A DNA stretch of 63,768 nt, filler included, from Phoronis australis (lineage: Eukaryota > Animalia > Phoronida): assembly GCA_002633005.1 (NCBI GenBank). It is 4 parts of 4 records of this genome, joined end to end, with 100 filler letters (N's around TTAATTAATTAA, not from the genome) between each part and the next. Parts side by side here need not be neighbours in the genome. Positions count along the whole stretch, not along the records: positions 12,151 to 29,540 come from NMRA01000129.1; positions 29,641 to 59,418 come from NMRA01001196.1; 2 more parts are not named here. The stretch is one strand, 5' to 3'. Positions 26,292-38,356 of the stretch are shown here, in pieces. The first letter of the stretch is position 1; every line of letters begins with the position of its first letter. Made by a program: the position numbers and the translations under genes. The notes beneath the pieces were generated by a model. That model saw only the letters and a list, made by a program, of their open reading frames with translations, ran no database searches and was not told the DNA's origin.

Positions 26292-27169
26292 TTAAAGTCT
26301 AGCTGATCGAATTGACAGTGGAAGCCGCGCGCTTTTGTCTTACGTATCTTATCAATTTTGTAAGAGTTACCAGGAATCCCCGAACTCCGAAAATAGATTC
26401 ATGGTTTTCGACAACAGATGTCACTGCTGCATACCTGGAATGGCTCGTTGACATTGTACCGCTCGTTTGAGGGACTACACTCTTTCACAGTGCTACGAAA
26501 AGTAGAGCCAGTATAGGTGGCGTTGTGTCAGAATTAAGGTAGTCTTTACCCTCTGACACAACGCCACCTATACTGCAAAGTGGCCCTGTCAGTGTGTCCG
26601 ACACACGGGTCCGTGTGGGCATCAATGCACATGCCTTGGTTTTACTCCCGATGTAAACAAAATGGTTCACTGTGTGCCTGAAAAGGTACTGGGTCTATTG
26701 CTTTGTGTTCTGTTGCACTGGAATAATAATCATTTTGATGAAGTGCATTTGGACTCATCCTGAATCTAATTTACTGATTTTAGACGTTTTATGTTCACGT
26801 TAGTTGTATAAAGTTTGAAATTGTGAACTTTCTAAGTCGTCATAGTTGGGTCTGGGACCGGCGCCAAGCCGGCTAGTAAGCCAAGTCCAAGCGCGAGCGT
26901 GTTGGGTAGCCCTATGTTTAAAAAAAATACCGTGGTAAGCGCCTGAGGTGCCAAGCTGATTAGCCTTGCCTTTTTATTGTCTTCTGTCGTTACAGCCTTC
27001 ACTACAACTTCGCCAGAGTGTTTTTAGGTATTTGATGTGATCAATTGTTACTTTGTCTAATATCAGGTCAGATAGTGTTTGTATGAGCCAGAGGCTGAAG
27101 ACTGTGCTTGTGTTTGATAAGTTGTTAAGATACAGTTCAAACTTTTTAGGTGATCAAGGCATGTCAAGT

Positions 27170-28830
27170 AGGGTAATACACCTGTGAAGACTCAGAGTTG
27201 ATCTTGCTGTGTCTGCAACTGTCCACTCACCAAGGGACGTTTTTCTATTATTGAAACATTTAGCATTGTATGGTGGGGTCAATATTTTTGAGGGGATTAT
27301 CTGCATAAATTGTGAAAGACTCTTACAGACGATTCACACCAAAGTGACTCATTTCAAATCAAAAATTAAACAAAGTCAGAAGTTGTGCAGACCCAAACGT
27401 TGTGCAGTGGAGAGCCCAACTCTACCCTTGGCCAGATCTGAAGTTAGAGGTGACCAGCGCTGAGAAACCCGTCGCAAACTTATTGAGCTCCAGCCAGCAT
27501 CAGCTGTTCAAGAAGTACAGAAACGCGCACCAGCTGATGAGAATATTTGCAGTGATTAGCACTGAACACTTCTCGAAATCTAAAAGTGCATCTTCGTCTG
27601 AAAAGAAGGTTGTTGAAAGAGCTTATAGTATTTTGAAGTATGAGGAAATCAAGTATGACATTACAAACAACGTATGAAGGAAAATGATACTATAGCAGAA
27701 TCCATAACTGGCTCAAAGCATGGATGTATTGTATTTCTCATTTGCAAGTACGGAACAAAAACTCTTATGACACGTTATTCCAGTTTGACTGGACCATCAT
27801 TGTCAATGAGATGAAACTTAAATTTCCGGTGTTGTTCTCCCTTATTGTAGGGTTTATGTTAACTCCTGACAATAGGTCAAGCGGAAAGAAGGTAGATAGC
27901 TTAATACCAAGAATTTCTGTTATAATGCCCTGTGCATGCAATTTAGAAGTCAGTCTCTTTGTCTGGTACAGCGAATGATATCGTATGTCCTGTCAAGTAC
28001 ATAGCTTAGTGGAGGTTAAGGTATATCCCGTTCATCTTGGCTTAAAACAACTTTATTTTAAAGTCAGTGTAAGTTGTGGCATTTTAGTACAATTTACAAT
28101 ACATGCCCGTACCCAGAATAAGAAAATGTAGAAAATTTCAAACAGCAAATACTAATTGATGCAAATCTGAAGAGTTTTCTTCAACAACTTGTATTTCAGA
28201 TAAACATAGCATCTCTTTTGATAAAGTTCTCTCTGTGGTCTGTTTGTTAAACATTGAACCAATGCATGAGCAGGTAATACATGAATACCTTAGCAATGCT
28301 ACCTTGAAGGAGAGACATTTAAAGTTATTTTTGTTTTATTTTTTTAAGTTGTCACTGCTACTTAAGGTGTAACCAGCTAAAATTCTACTACAGTCAAACC
28401 TTGTTAGAATGAACCCGTTTTTAACGTTTGCTCACTCATAACATTCTTTTCCGTAAGTCCTAAGACAGCTATGCCACTTGGAAATTACTTTGGTTGAATT
28501 TAACTTCAGATAAAACGGGTTTTTTCAAAAGTCTTTAGAGGTTTTGTTATAACATGATTTTACTGTGTGTAAGTGCTTCAAGGTATACATATTGTTGACC
28601 TTTCTCTATATGTAAGGGAATGTACAAGTCAGGTGGTAGGAGTGTGCCTTCTACAGCTTAGTTTTCTGTTTCCAGTGTCAAGAGGGATGCTAATAACCCT
28701 CCTGGCATATCCTGTAATGACTGTGGCCTTTCGAACTTTAATTTATAGATGCTTCTTCTGACTTTCTTCTTTGAGAGATGCTTAATGCTCTCTAGGTATT
28801 TATCCGTCACTGGTGTGTGACTGCGCAAGC
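27170..28830 (+). pseudogene. Degenerate transposase-like gene fragments (DUF6589/AcademH-like, tentative)
   Basis: N-terminal Zn motif CCVCNC...IICINCERLL...F, then LFQFDWTIIVNEMKLKFPVLFSL...IPRI...(S)LVQRMIS, with several frameshifts and stops. Family assignment is from recalled motif similarity only. Confidence 0.45.
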
Positions 28831-29540
28831 ATTTTGGGGACTAATTATTCATTGGTGAATGTGCATGCTCAAAAACTTTGAAAACCTATAAGAAATGAAA
28901 AAATATGCAATGCATGGTAAAAATTCTCCAGTTTGGGACAATGAACTTTTAAATTATTTTTGCACAGTGTCAGAGGTTGTACCGTATAAAATTTTGAAAG
29001 TAGGCAATACAGGGTTTACCATTATGTTGTTGAACAGCTGATTCTACTTTCACTCTATGTTGACACAAAATGCACTGCGAAATTTAATATAAATATGATG
29101 GACAACAACAAAATAAATCATTGTCTCTAACCATGAAAATTCAACTTTGGCTGGTCGTATTTTAGTGGCTGTCCCAAACTGGAGAATATATATATATAGA
29201 CTAAAAGTGGTTGGACCCTCAAGAAGAGGTCTCATTGCCGCACTCTCACTGCTTGTGATCATTTTTAGTGCCCGTGCCTGCACACATACACACTGGGATT
29301 GGAAATCAGCTTGTCCTATAGCATCGTTGTTTACAGCATGCACTTTTGTTTGTTTAAATATCAAAATAGCTTTTGTGGAAACTGGTGGTATATCTTGTAG
29401 TGTACTTAAGAGTGCAGTACACTTCAGACCAGGCAAAAATCCATGCAGGGGTGATAAACCCTATGTGACGGATTTGGATCATATTATGCATTTTTGTTTA
29501 CTTTCTTATGGTAATTACTAAAATGCACTTTAAACAAATT

Positions 29541-29640
29541 NNNNNNNNNNNNNNNNNNNNNNNNNNNNNNNNNNNNNNNNNNNNTTAATTAATTAANNNN
29601 NNNNNNNNNNNNNNNNNNNNNNNNNNNNNNNNNNNNNNNN
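29541..29640. other. Assembly gap with artificial linker
   Basis: 100-nt N run with TTAATTAATTAA at 29585-29596. Confidence 0.97.
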
Positions 29641-30137
29641 CCCCCCCCCTCTCGGCGCCACGCGCCTAGGATTCGACCTTTGCGGGAATCCTAAACCCCC
29701 CCTTACTGAAAACGTAGATCCGCCCCTGAATAATTAGTGATGGTTTTTGTCAAATAATACAGTCTTTTCATGGCTCAGTTTGGCCAAATGAGCTCAATGA
29801 TAGTTATCAGGTGGTGACACCTCGTTAAAAACTACCACACACGTCGCAGGAATCGATATTTTTACGTTTTCGCTTAAATAAAAATAGCTCAGTGAAGAGA
29901 AATTTTACGAGTAAGGGGGACAAGAGATAAAAGCACAATTATCACCAACAGAAATGGTCATCTGGGATTGCTTGTGAAGACCGCATGTGGTTATACAGGT
30001 GAAGAGAACTGTGACCGGATACCAGTAAAATAATGCACGCTACTGTTATAGCTTAAAAGAACTCCCTGAATCACGGCTTTGTTAACAGCGTCTGCTGAAC
30101 ACGCATTATATTTTTCAACTGTTTATTGTTCGACTAG

Positions 30138-30330
30138 CTTGCAATACACCACTGATGCAAACCAGAGTTGTGCAGGATCATCAGATATCGGCATCAAGCC
30201 AACTTGGACTGTGCCCTAGGTCCCATGCCAGATTAAACAGCCGAAAGACCGTCCGTGGATCACGCCCTTGCTACGCGTGGTGTACAGCTTCCCTTAGCGA
30301 TCCGTGGATACACGTGAAATTCGACATCAG
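30138..30330 (+). CDS. F5/8 type C (discoidin/FA58C) domain protein, first exon of the domain
   Basis: CTAG/GTGAAT splice sites; encodes CNTPLMQTRVVQDHQISASSQLGLCPRSHARLNSRK...YAWCTASLSDPWIHVKFDI (C..PL, QISASS, ARL, AWC, WI.V motifs). Not in the ORF track. Confidence 0.9.
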
Positions 30331-30675
30331 GTGAATAGACGGGTTTCCATATCCTGTTTCATACAGGAACCTTTATACGAAATTAATTAATCGTGCACTC
30401 GCTTGAGTAAAAAGGTCTGGTATACGATTTTCCTTGGACTACGAGGCCTTGACTTTTGTAATGAAAAAGATTCGCAGTTAAAAGAAAGGTGTAACTCCGT
30501 ATTCACACATAAATGGTCACTTCGCAAACCAGTTTAGATGTTGTAGATGAACTGTTGTAGAATTCCACCAGTTCGTCGAACGCTCCCAGTGAAGTCATTT
30601 TAGCGACCCTTTTAAAGCCACCAACCCCATAGATTTCTTAGAAACTGATCGAATTAAGTATTTCACACTTTTCAG

Positions 30676-30805
30676 ATATCGAATTACGGCTGTCGAAGTT
30701 CAAGGACGTGGTGATGAGAATTATCACTTAAATACGTATGCACTAAAGTACAGTAACAATGGCCGCTACTGGAGTTTGTACGTGGACAGGACGAGAGATT
30801 CAACG
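30676..30805 (+). CDS. F5/8 type C domain protein, middle exon
   Basis: TTCAG/GTAAG splice sites, phase-compatible; encodes YRITAVEVQGRGDENYHLNTYALKYSNNGRYWSLYVDRTRDST (ITAV..QGR, YS..G..W..Y motifs). Confidence 0.92.
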
Positions 30806-31168
30806 GTAAGTTGAAAGGATTTGTTCATGTCTGATATTACAATGCCCGTCAATACACCTTTTCGTGTACAGGCTAGTAATAAAAGGACGACTTGCAAAGA
30901 GACAAAACAGAGTTTGTTCGAAATCATTTGAGTTTGTCGGAGGGGGATAATAATCACAGCGCCCCCTCTGTTGGAAAGACATGATAATCACTTCTCGGAA
31001 TACCATAGCATCCCTCTGGTTCACATGATCATAAAATTGGGTTTTAATGAAGCAGTTTACACAAGGGAAATCCCGTGCACAAGCGTACATGCGCATGTAA
31101 CTTCGTTAAAGTCCCATGATTTGTTAAGTTTACAATTCGTTAACATGTAATATTGTTTCTTTTTGTAG

Positions 31169-31312
31169 TCGTTACTGGCCGGTCAAGGCAGTGTTAGCAC
31201 AAAACTCAACCCTCCACTGGAAACCAGATACGTTAGAATTGTTCCCAAGACTTGGACGCCACAAGCAATCGCCTGTCTCCGTTTTGAACTCTACGGATGC
31301 CCATTGGAATAA
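31169..31312 (+). CDS. F5/8 type C domain protein, terminal coding exon
   Basis: TGTAG acceptor, phase 0; encodes SLLAGQGSVSTKLNPPLETRYVRIVPKTWTPQAIACLRFELYGCPLE* (RYVRI.P..W...LRFELYGC). AATAAA occurs downstream at ~31627 and ~31691. Confidence 0.93.
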   Translation, partial: SLLAGQGSVSTKLNPPLETRYVRIVPKTWTPQAIACLRFELYGCPLE

Positions 31313-34084
31313 CGCCGCATTGTTGGTGGAAGAACGTTTGTGGACTTATGCCTAGACTATTGTTCATGGACAATTGCAAAATTACATTGTAACACTGCAA
31401 TTTACTTTGTGAATATATTGACTGAAGCCATTACATAACTGATCTTGAATGTGACCCTCGTTACGGCTCCAGACAGGGCAAAGATTAGAGGTGAAAGTCT
31501 TGTCAATGCGAAAGATATTTTGAACAGACAAAGAACATCAAACGATACGCTGTTGTTCTACATGTATACTCATAGCAGAATTGTTTTAGATAAAAACAAA
31601 TGCAAGAATACAGTCCACACTTCTGTAATAAATTAATTCATCACTCGATTCCTGCGACAGTGAAACGTTATCGAATATCAAATCTTGCTAAATAAAACCT
31701 GGGGATTTTGCCAAGGATTGAAAGTTCACGGCTTTCAAACTTGTCACAAGACAAGCCTATGCAGAGACCACAAGCTGCTATTGGTCACGGTGTTGCACAC
31801 TGTGTGTCGGTCCTAGCACGAGATCACTCACAGATGGCAGCCAGAGTATTGGTTGGGGTCCTCGCACCATGAAAGTTTTATAGGTCCTCGTGTGTAAAAA
31901 TGCGTATTATACTTGGACGCTAACTAAATTTCGGCAGAACAACACTTTCTGACACTTTAAACAGTGCAATATGCTTTTTCATAGTTCTTCTCCCAATGTT
32001 TTCAAAGTGTCTTGTAAGCGGGTATCAAATGACCCTTCCTAGTATCAAAAAGTGGAAATTTTGACACATTCCCATTTTGCAGCCGAATGGAGGATAAAAT
32101 AATACATAAAATCTAGTTTCAAGTTGATGTCCATGTAGAAAAGTTGACAGAACCTGAAATTAAACCTGAAAATAAAAAATTCTAGCAGTATGCCAAAATG
32201 TAAGTGTTCCCAAGTTCCCCAAAAATTCATGATTTACATTTTAAAATGTTTACAGTTTTGTCTGTTTTTGTTCTTAATTCAACAATGCTTAAGATCATTT
32301 TCCTCTGTTATACAAATTTTAGCCTTTATATAATTTGAGGCTAACTTTTACCTTAGTGATATGCGTAGAGATTTATGGGTGTACAGTACAAAAAAAATGA
32401 AGTTGCCCATTACTTAAAACTGTGCAGCGCGTATAAAATGACTGGCCGTGCAGACAAAGTTGTGGGACCTGATCACAAGCAATGAATAACTACCAGTTCT
32501 TTCAAAACCCTGAAATCCTCACCAATTTGACTAATTAATAATTTGGAGCCATTATCTTAGCGGTAAGTCGTCTAGCTAAAATGATTATTCTTAGAACAGA
32601 GGATGGGTCTACAGCCGCTATCTGGCAACTATTACGTAACTTCAAACTCAAATTTCTCAAACATGCAACCTTTTATGGGAACGTTTTAGGCTTTAAAAGT
32701 GCAATAGTAAACGAACTTAAAACCATCAAAATTAAGTTGCTCCCATAAATCCCACGTTTTCTAGCAACTCTGCAAAATTGAGTCCAGCAGCTAGAGTTTA
32801 TCAGCGATTTCTGACATTACAGCAAAGCAAAATCTGTCACAAAAGCCAGGTGTTTCGAAATTTTACTGTATAAAAGACCCCAGGACAGATCCATTTTTTC
32901 GATGAATGCCCGTACCAACCAAAGAATGAAAGTTCCTGACGTAATTTATCAATGTGATCAAAAAAAGTCCCGCACTCGATCACTTTCCTTTAAGGTCCGT
33001 GACCACTGTTATCTCAGTTTAGTCAACTGGGAGCTCCATAATGTCGTTGAAGGTGTTCTTGGTTGCTGGTTTGCTGCACGTTTGTATCTCTGCGGAACTC
33101 TAAGAAGACGTACAAGATAATAAATGTAGACGCACGTTGTGATTCTAATTCAACTTTCGTTCCTTTAATAAAATGGAATTGCATGTCACCCAGATATTTG
33201 CAACTTCTCAATAGCATTTGTGAAAATGATTTACTGACTTTATGTTTTTTTCAGAACCAATGATGAAAACTTAAGTCACCACGCTTTCGCAATTCATGGG
33301 GGTTTGCATATTTTGTCTGTTTTGATTAAAATCAGGATAGTTCGAAAACCATTCTATCCCCTCGAAGGGGTTTTAGAACTATCCTTAAAATCATGCTTCA
33401 GTCATTTACACAAATTCCCACTTTCTTATTGACTGTGGAATTGTATCACCCTACATGTAACTCGGAACTAATCTGAGTAAATTTGTTAACAACTTGCTTT
33501 TTACATTAATCAAATTCGCGTATACCTTTCTAAACTTTTGCTCACTTTGTTCCTCGTTTTTTATGTATATGTGTTTCATTTTGTTGGGTGTCGCACATAC
33601 GTAACCATTCAGTATGTACCGCTATATTGCTGTTAATGCAGAGTCAGAATGAAAAAAAAATCCGCAATCATTGCAGACGAATCATGTTTGGAAGATACAA
33701 TATCCTCGAACCTTCAATTGATCAAAGAATACAGTTTCGTAATATCTTGAGCTCCAAACCAACCCCAATGAAATAAAAATATTCTGTTCAAAGCACTATA
33801 GTAAGGACAACAGAGATAGTTATGAAAGTTTTCAAACCACATCAAATGGGTATCATGAACTCCACCATCTACAGACATTTTATACACTTTATATATAAAC
33901 CATAGAATTTGTGAGTGTTTTATTTGAACTACAGGTGTATGAACATTCACATATTAACGGTAGTTGACCTCGTCTAAATTGACTTCAAATCTGCAGTAAG
34001 TGCGGGCCCTTGCATTTTTGTGTTGACTGGCTGTAGATGAAAAAGTTGTAAACAGGCAAAATGCAGGATTTTAGCCTTATTTCC

Positions 34085-34220
34085 GAGAAATAAAGAGAAA
34101 AGGAAGGGGAGAGAGGGGAGAGAGAGAGAAAGGGAAGGGGAGGGGGAACGGAGGGAGAGAAGAAGGACGGGAGAAAGGGGAGGGACAGATTAGGTAGGGA
34201 AGGAGGAGGCAGGGACAGAT
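34085..34220. repeat. Polypurine (G/A-rich) low-complexity tract
   Basis: ~135 nt almost entirely G/A on the + strand. Confidence 0.85.
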
Positions 34221-36292
34221 ACAGTCAATGTCTACAGGATTGTCACATTCCTATAGTATTTGAGCACCTAATTTAAGGCCTGAATTCAGGGCTCAGCTTT
34301 TTTCCAAAATTTGGACATCTTATGCATAGGTGTGATGTTTCTATATTTTACTAGTGTCAGACATTGGCACTTAAACTACGCAAAACAAAACCGCTCCCCA
34401 CCAGTTTCTAATCCCCGTGGTTACCAGGGACTTCCACGCTTGAATCGAAGTGAAACAAGATTGCCTCGTCTCTGACATCCAAGGCCCTGACAGTTGGATT
34501 TAGCTGTAGGAGGAATTAAACGAAGTAAAGTTATGCTTATTTCAAATTACATATATCAGCCCTTCAGTTAAATCTTAGAAGCCAGCGGCCCTACAGAACT
34601 GGCCACTCGTAGACATGGAGTACGTGTACTCTGAAGTTGTGTTAACAGAAGGGGTGTGGGGGGGGGTCAATATTGTGAAGTATAACTAGGAATTTTATGA
34701 TATGCATTTAAATTATGTAAACCAAATAAAGTTGGATGAGACACAAAATTTACACTCAGTCTTTTAGATAGGCGTTCACATTTTTAAATAAATTATTAAA
34801 CCTAGCTGGAAATCAACCGAGGAACAGCCGTTATCTTGTTACAAAATTTCTTATATCTGCTTTAAGTTTTGGAATTTTTCTTACACTCGTCACTAGACCT
34901 TTTGGTCGTGAACTGGCTGAAATTAAAGGATTATAGTAAAATTCAAATTCCGGACAAACTGAAATTGACAGTGTAATTCAAACTATGTAAAATTATGTTC
35001 ACTATTGTGTTTCGCACTATGGGCAATGAACTTCACCTACTTATGAAATTTGACATTACCACCCACCCCGCTCTTTTTTCGCTGACGATTTTACCCTAGT
35101 GGCACCTCTGTGGTTTCCAAATAAAGTGGACTCCTTCCCATTTTTCAAGCTATGCATTCTCCTCCTCTGCTGTCTCCATAGACGTTTTTCACTTAGCGTT
35201 ATGTAGAGGTAATGAACTGACTATTTGTTGCGCCTACGGTTTCCATGCTAAGAGGCAACTGTAATCCATGATAACCATCCTAATAAGTTTTTACTTCAGG
35301 TATTTGTTCTTAAAGGTAACACGACGATTCGCTTAAATTCATCGGCTCTAAAATGAATAATGTGAATAAAACTTGAATGGGTCCGTTTCCACGATTTTGC
35401 TTTCTGCATACCTTGGCGACATAGCACGTTTTCCTAACTGGGTTTTTAAAATGTTACGAGCCCCACGAAAATGTCCATAAATTGCTACCTTCGGAATATA
35501 TAACTTTGAAATGGACAATCCGACCCAAATGTAGTTTTCAGACAGTTCAATTTATGCCTTGTTTTAAAGGACGCAATAAGGAATTGGTTTTAAAATGATT
35601 CTCTAGTTTTCGCCAAGTACTATTAAGAGCAGGCTTACGATTTTGATGAATTTAGATGTCTTTTAACAAAAAAGTACTTTAATGTTGTATCAACTAATAC
35701 CAAAAAGTTAGAAACTGTAAAGTATTTTCTTTACATTTCATATTTGCATAATACGTAAAGAAATTTAGTCGCGTTCATTAACTCCCTTTTGTTATATTTT
35801 ACTAAATTACAGGGTCACCTGCCCCTACCAGCAGCTGATTTTTATAAAGTTCAGCAGTTGATATATTTACAGAGACAATATGCATTTTTTTGGATAATTA
35901 CACAGCAGACATGCTAAAAACTGAGATCATTTATGAAAGAAAAACTGAAAAAGTTATTGTTTAACACGTCGGAAGAATTAACAGCTTTTAGAAACAAGAA
36001 TGCTAAAAATAATGTAATCATATATACCAGAGATGAGATTGCTTCGCAAACACTATGAACAGTAGTGTTGCGCTTTCTGTAAACATATGCATTTTAAGCA
36101 CGACTTGACACAGTTATGTGAGTGTATTGGCTGGGCAATAACTCCCTGAAACACCCTTGATGGCTTGCGTTTGCGATGAAATCTTAGGCACAATTCAATG
36201 CAGACTTTTCAAAACGCGTCCTTTTTCAAAGTACCTGCAAATACCTCAAAACATTCAATTGTATTGTCGATTTTTCAAAATATTTCATTTTA

Positions 36293-37764
36293 AACAAGAG
36301 CAACGCGGAGTGTTGAAATGCGCCCACGAATACATGGCAAATGGTGTGAATTTAGGGTTAATTATTTGTATCGCAAAAATGGCCACTACATGGCACAAAA
36401 ACGGGAACACACCATGTTTCATAAAAATCTGTCAAGGAACTTCAAAGAAACAAAAGAAAACAGAATAAAACGAAGTTGCCATTAGTGGGCACAGCAACCG
36501 TTGGACCCGCCTGAAAGTCGTCGTCGTCTTTTGTTAACTTCATATAAATACACTTACTACTAAATTTAATGAAGATCCTGCAGTGGGTTTAGGAAATACA
36601 GCTATATTGGGCGCAAAACAAAAAAAAAAACTACCACTAGGAGGTGCCAAAGTAGCCAGTCGTCATCATTAAACGTCCTCTTCACACTGAGAACATATAT
36701 GCCAGTTTTCAAAACCATCCCTAGAGTGATTTGGTTGATAGAGGGGTAGAGGCCCAAAGCAAGATTTGAAAACGGCAAAAATGGCCACTAAGTGGCGCAA
36801 AACATCGATTCCATTCGAAAACAGGAGCATCGCGTCATTTCACCAATAGATTTCTATAATTAAAATTTCATGAAAATCTGTTGAGGACCTTTGAAGATAT
36901 AGAGGTAAACGTAAAAAACTAAAATTGCCACTGCGAGGCGCACCAATAGTCTGATCCGTCCGAAAGTCGTCCTCATTCGTTGCCAACATCATATAAATAT
37001 ACTGTACTTGCTAAATTAAGTAAAGATCCTGCAAATCGTTCAGGAGATACAGCCATGAGCGCAAAAAAAAACTTCCACGAGGGGGCACCACAGCAGTCGA
37101 AGTTGTCAGAAAATCATCGTCAGCCGTCCACTTCATAGCAAAAACATTTATACCAATTTTCACAATTCTCCTGAAAGCGGTTTGGTTCATAGACGAGTAG
37201 ATGTCAAAAAGAGTCGAAAACAGTAAAAATGGCCACTAGGTGGCGCAAACTAGGTCGAATCCATCTGAAAACTGAGAGATAGCGTCATCTCATTAACAGA
37301 TGCCTGTATGCCAAATTTTATGAAAATACGTTGAGGATCTTTAAAGATACAGAGGTAAACGTAAAAAAAATAAAGTTGCCACTAGGTGGCACACCAGAAG
37401 TCAGATCTGTCCGAAAGTCGTCGTCGTTCGTTGTTAACATCTAGTGCAAATACACTTACTAAATTTAGTAAAGATCCTGGGAATGGTTTAGGAGATACAG
37501 GCATAGGCGCAAAAAACAAAACTCCCACTAGGAGGCGCCACAGTAGTCAAAGTTGTCGGAAAATCATCGTCAGCCGTCTACTTCATAGTAAAAACATACA
37601 TGCCATTTTTCACAATAATCATCTAAGCGGTTTGGTTGATAGAGGGGTGGACGCACACAAAAAGATTCGAAAACAGTAAAAATGGCCACTAGGCGGCGCA
37701 AACTACATCGAATCCATCCGGAAACGGGAGGATAGCGTTATCTCACTATTAGGTGCCCATATGC
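36293..37764 (+). repeat. Helentron/HINE-like element with a higher-order tandem array (~450-bp unit made of three ~150-bp subunits)
   Basis: Starts AACAAGAG. Units begin AAAAATGGCCACTA at ~36376, 36778, 37226 and 37679. Each subunit carries a CCACTAGGTGGCGC-like motif. The right side is cut by the LTR element. HINE assignment is an inference from the architecture. Confidence 0.75.
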
Positions 37765-38271
37765 AGTCTGGAATATTCTAGAGACTGGTATACAGTGTGT
37801 GTTTGTGGAATGATTGGGCAGATTCAGGAAAGTTCTAGAATGTGCTTGAATTGATGTTCCAGAACAATGCATTAGGCTATAAATACACAAGCACGGGTTT
37901 GTATTAGTGAGATCAACTCAGTTCAAGAAAGTTAATCAGGAGAATTACAAATGAGTTGCAGTAAGAGAATCAGCAGTTACAGCGATAGTCAATAGAGAGC
38001 CAGCTATAGAGACATCAAGTTAATGAATCGACGAGTGATACAGTTGCTGAACGTGTCTCAGAAGTTCATCACAAATCAAGGCTTCGCAGTACTGGCTGGA
38101 GCATAAACAGACATTACGTCGGACGTTTTGTTTGAGTAGGCTTTTGAACATACGGTCGGCATTAATAAAACGATTAACTAGAACCAGTCTTCAGTTAATC
38201 GTCGCACCGAAAGCTATTAACACCGGTCTGTAACAACCTGCGCCCACCCACACACGGGGAAAAACGTGACA
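37765..38271 (+). mobile_element. 5' LTR (5'-truncated) of Gypsy element
   Basis: TATAAATA at ~37878, AATAAA at ~38164, TGACA end at 38271 immediately followed by the PBS; its 3' part recurs at 51546-51654. Confidence 0.8.
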
Positions 38272-38273
38272 AT

Positions 38274-38291
38274 TGGTGAGCACGCCAGGAG
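38274..38291 (+). promoter_or_regulatory. Primer-binding site, tRNA-Arg-like
   Basis: TGGTGAGCACGCCAGGAG lies two bases after the LTR end and resembles the reverse complement of metazoan tRNA-Arg(ACG) 3' ends (TGGCGA....GCCAGGAG). Confidence 0.65.
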
Positions 38292-38356
38292 CTTACTGAC
38301 GGTAACAAGGTGTGATAAAGTGGACTGTGGAGACAAGATCTCAACTAAGAGAGTTG

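Noticed and set aside
29050-29521. Overlapping 128-aa and 124-aa ORFs
   Set aside because: No recognisable domain in either; only a faint transposase-like phrase in a third, stop-ridden frame.
29950-29998. Possible additional exon upstream of the F5/8C domain (NGHLGLLVKTACGYT)
   Set aside because: Splice sites and phase are plausible, but no recognisable motif supports it; needs transcript evidence.
36376-37764. CRISPR-like repeat-spacer array
   Set aside because: Eukaryotic context, the spacers are themselves repeated with a 450-bp period, and there are no cas genes.
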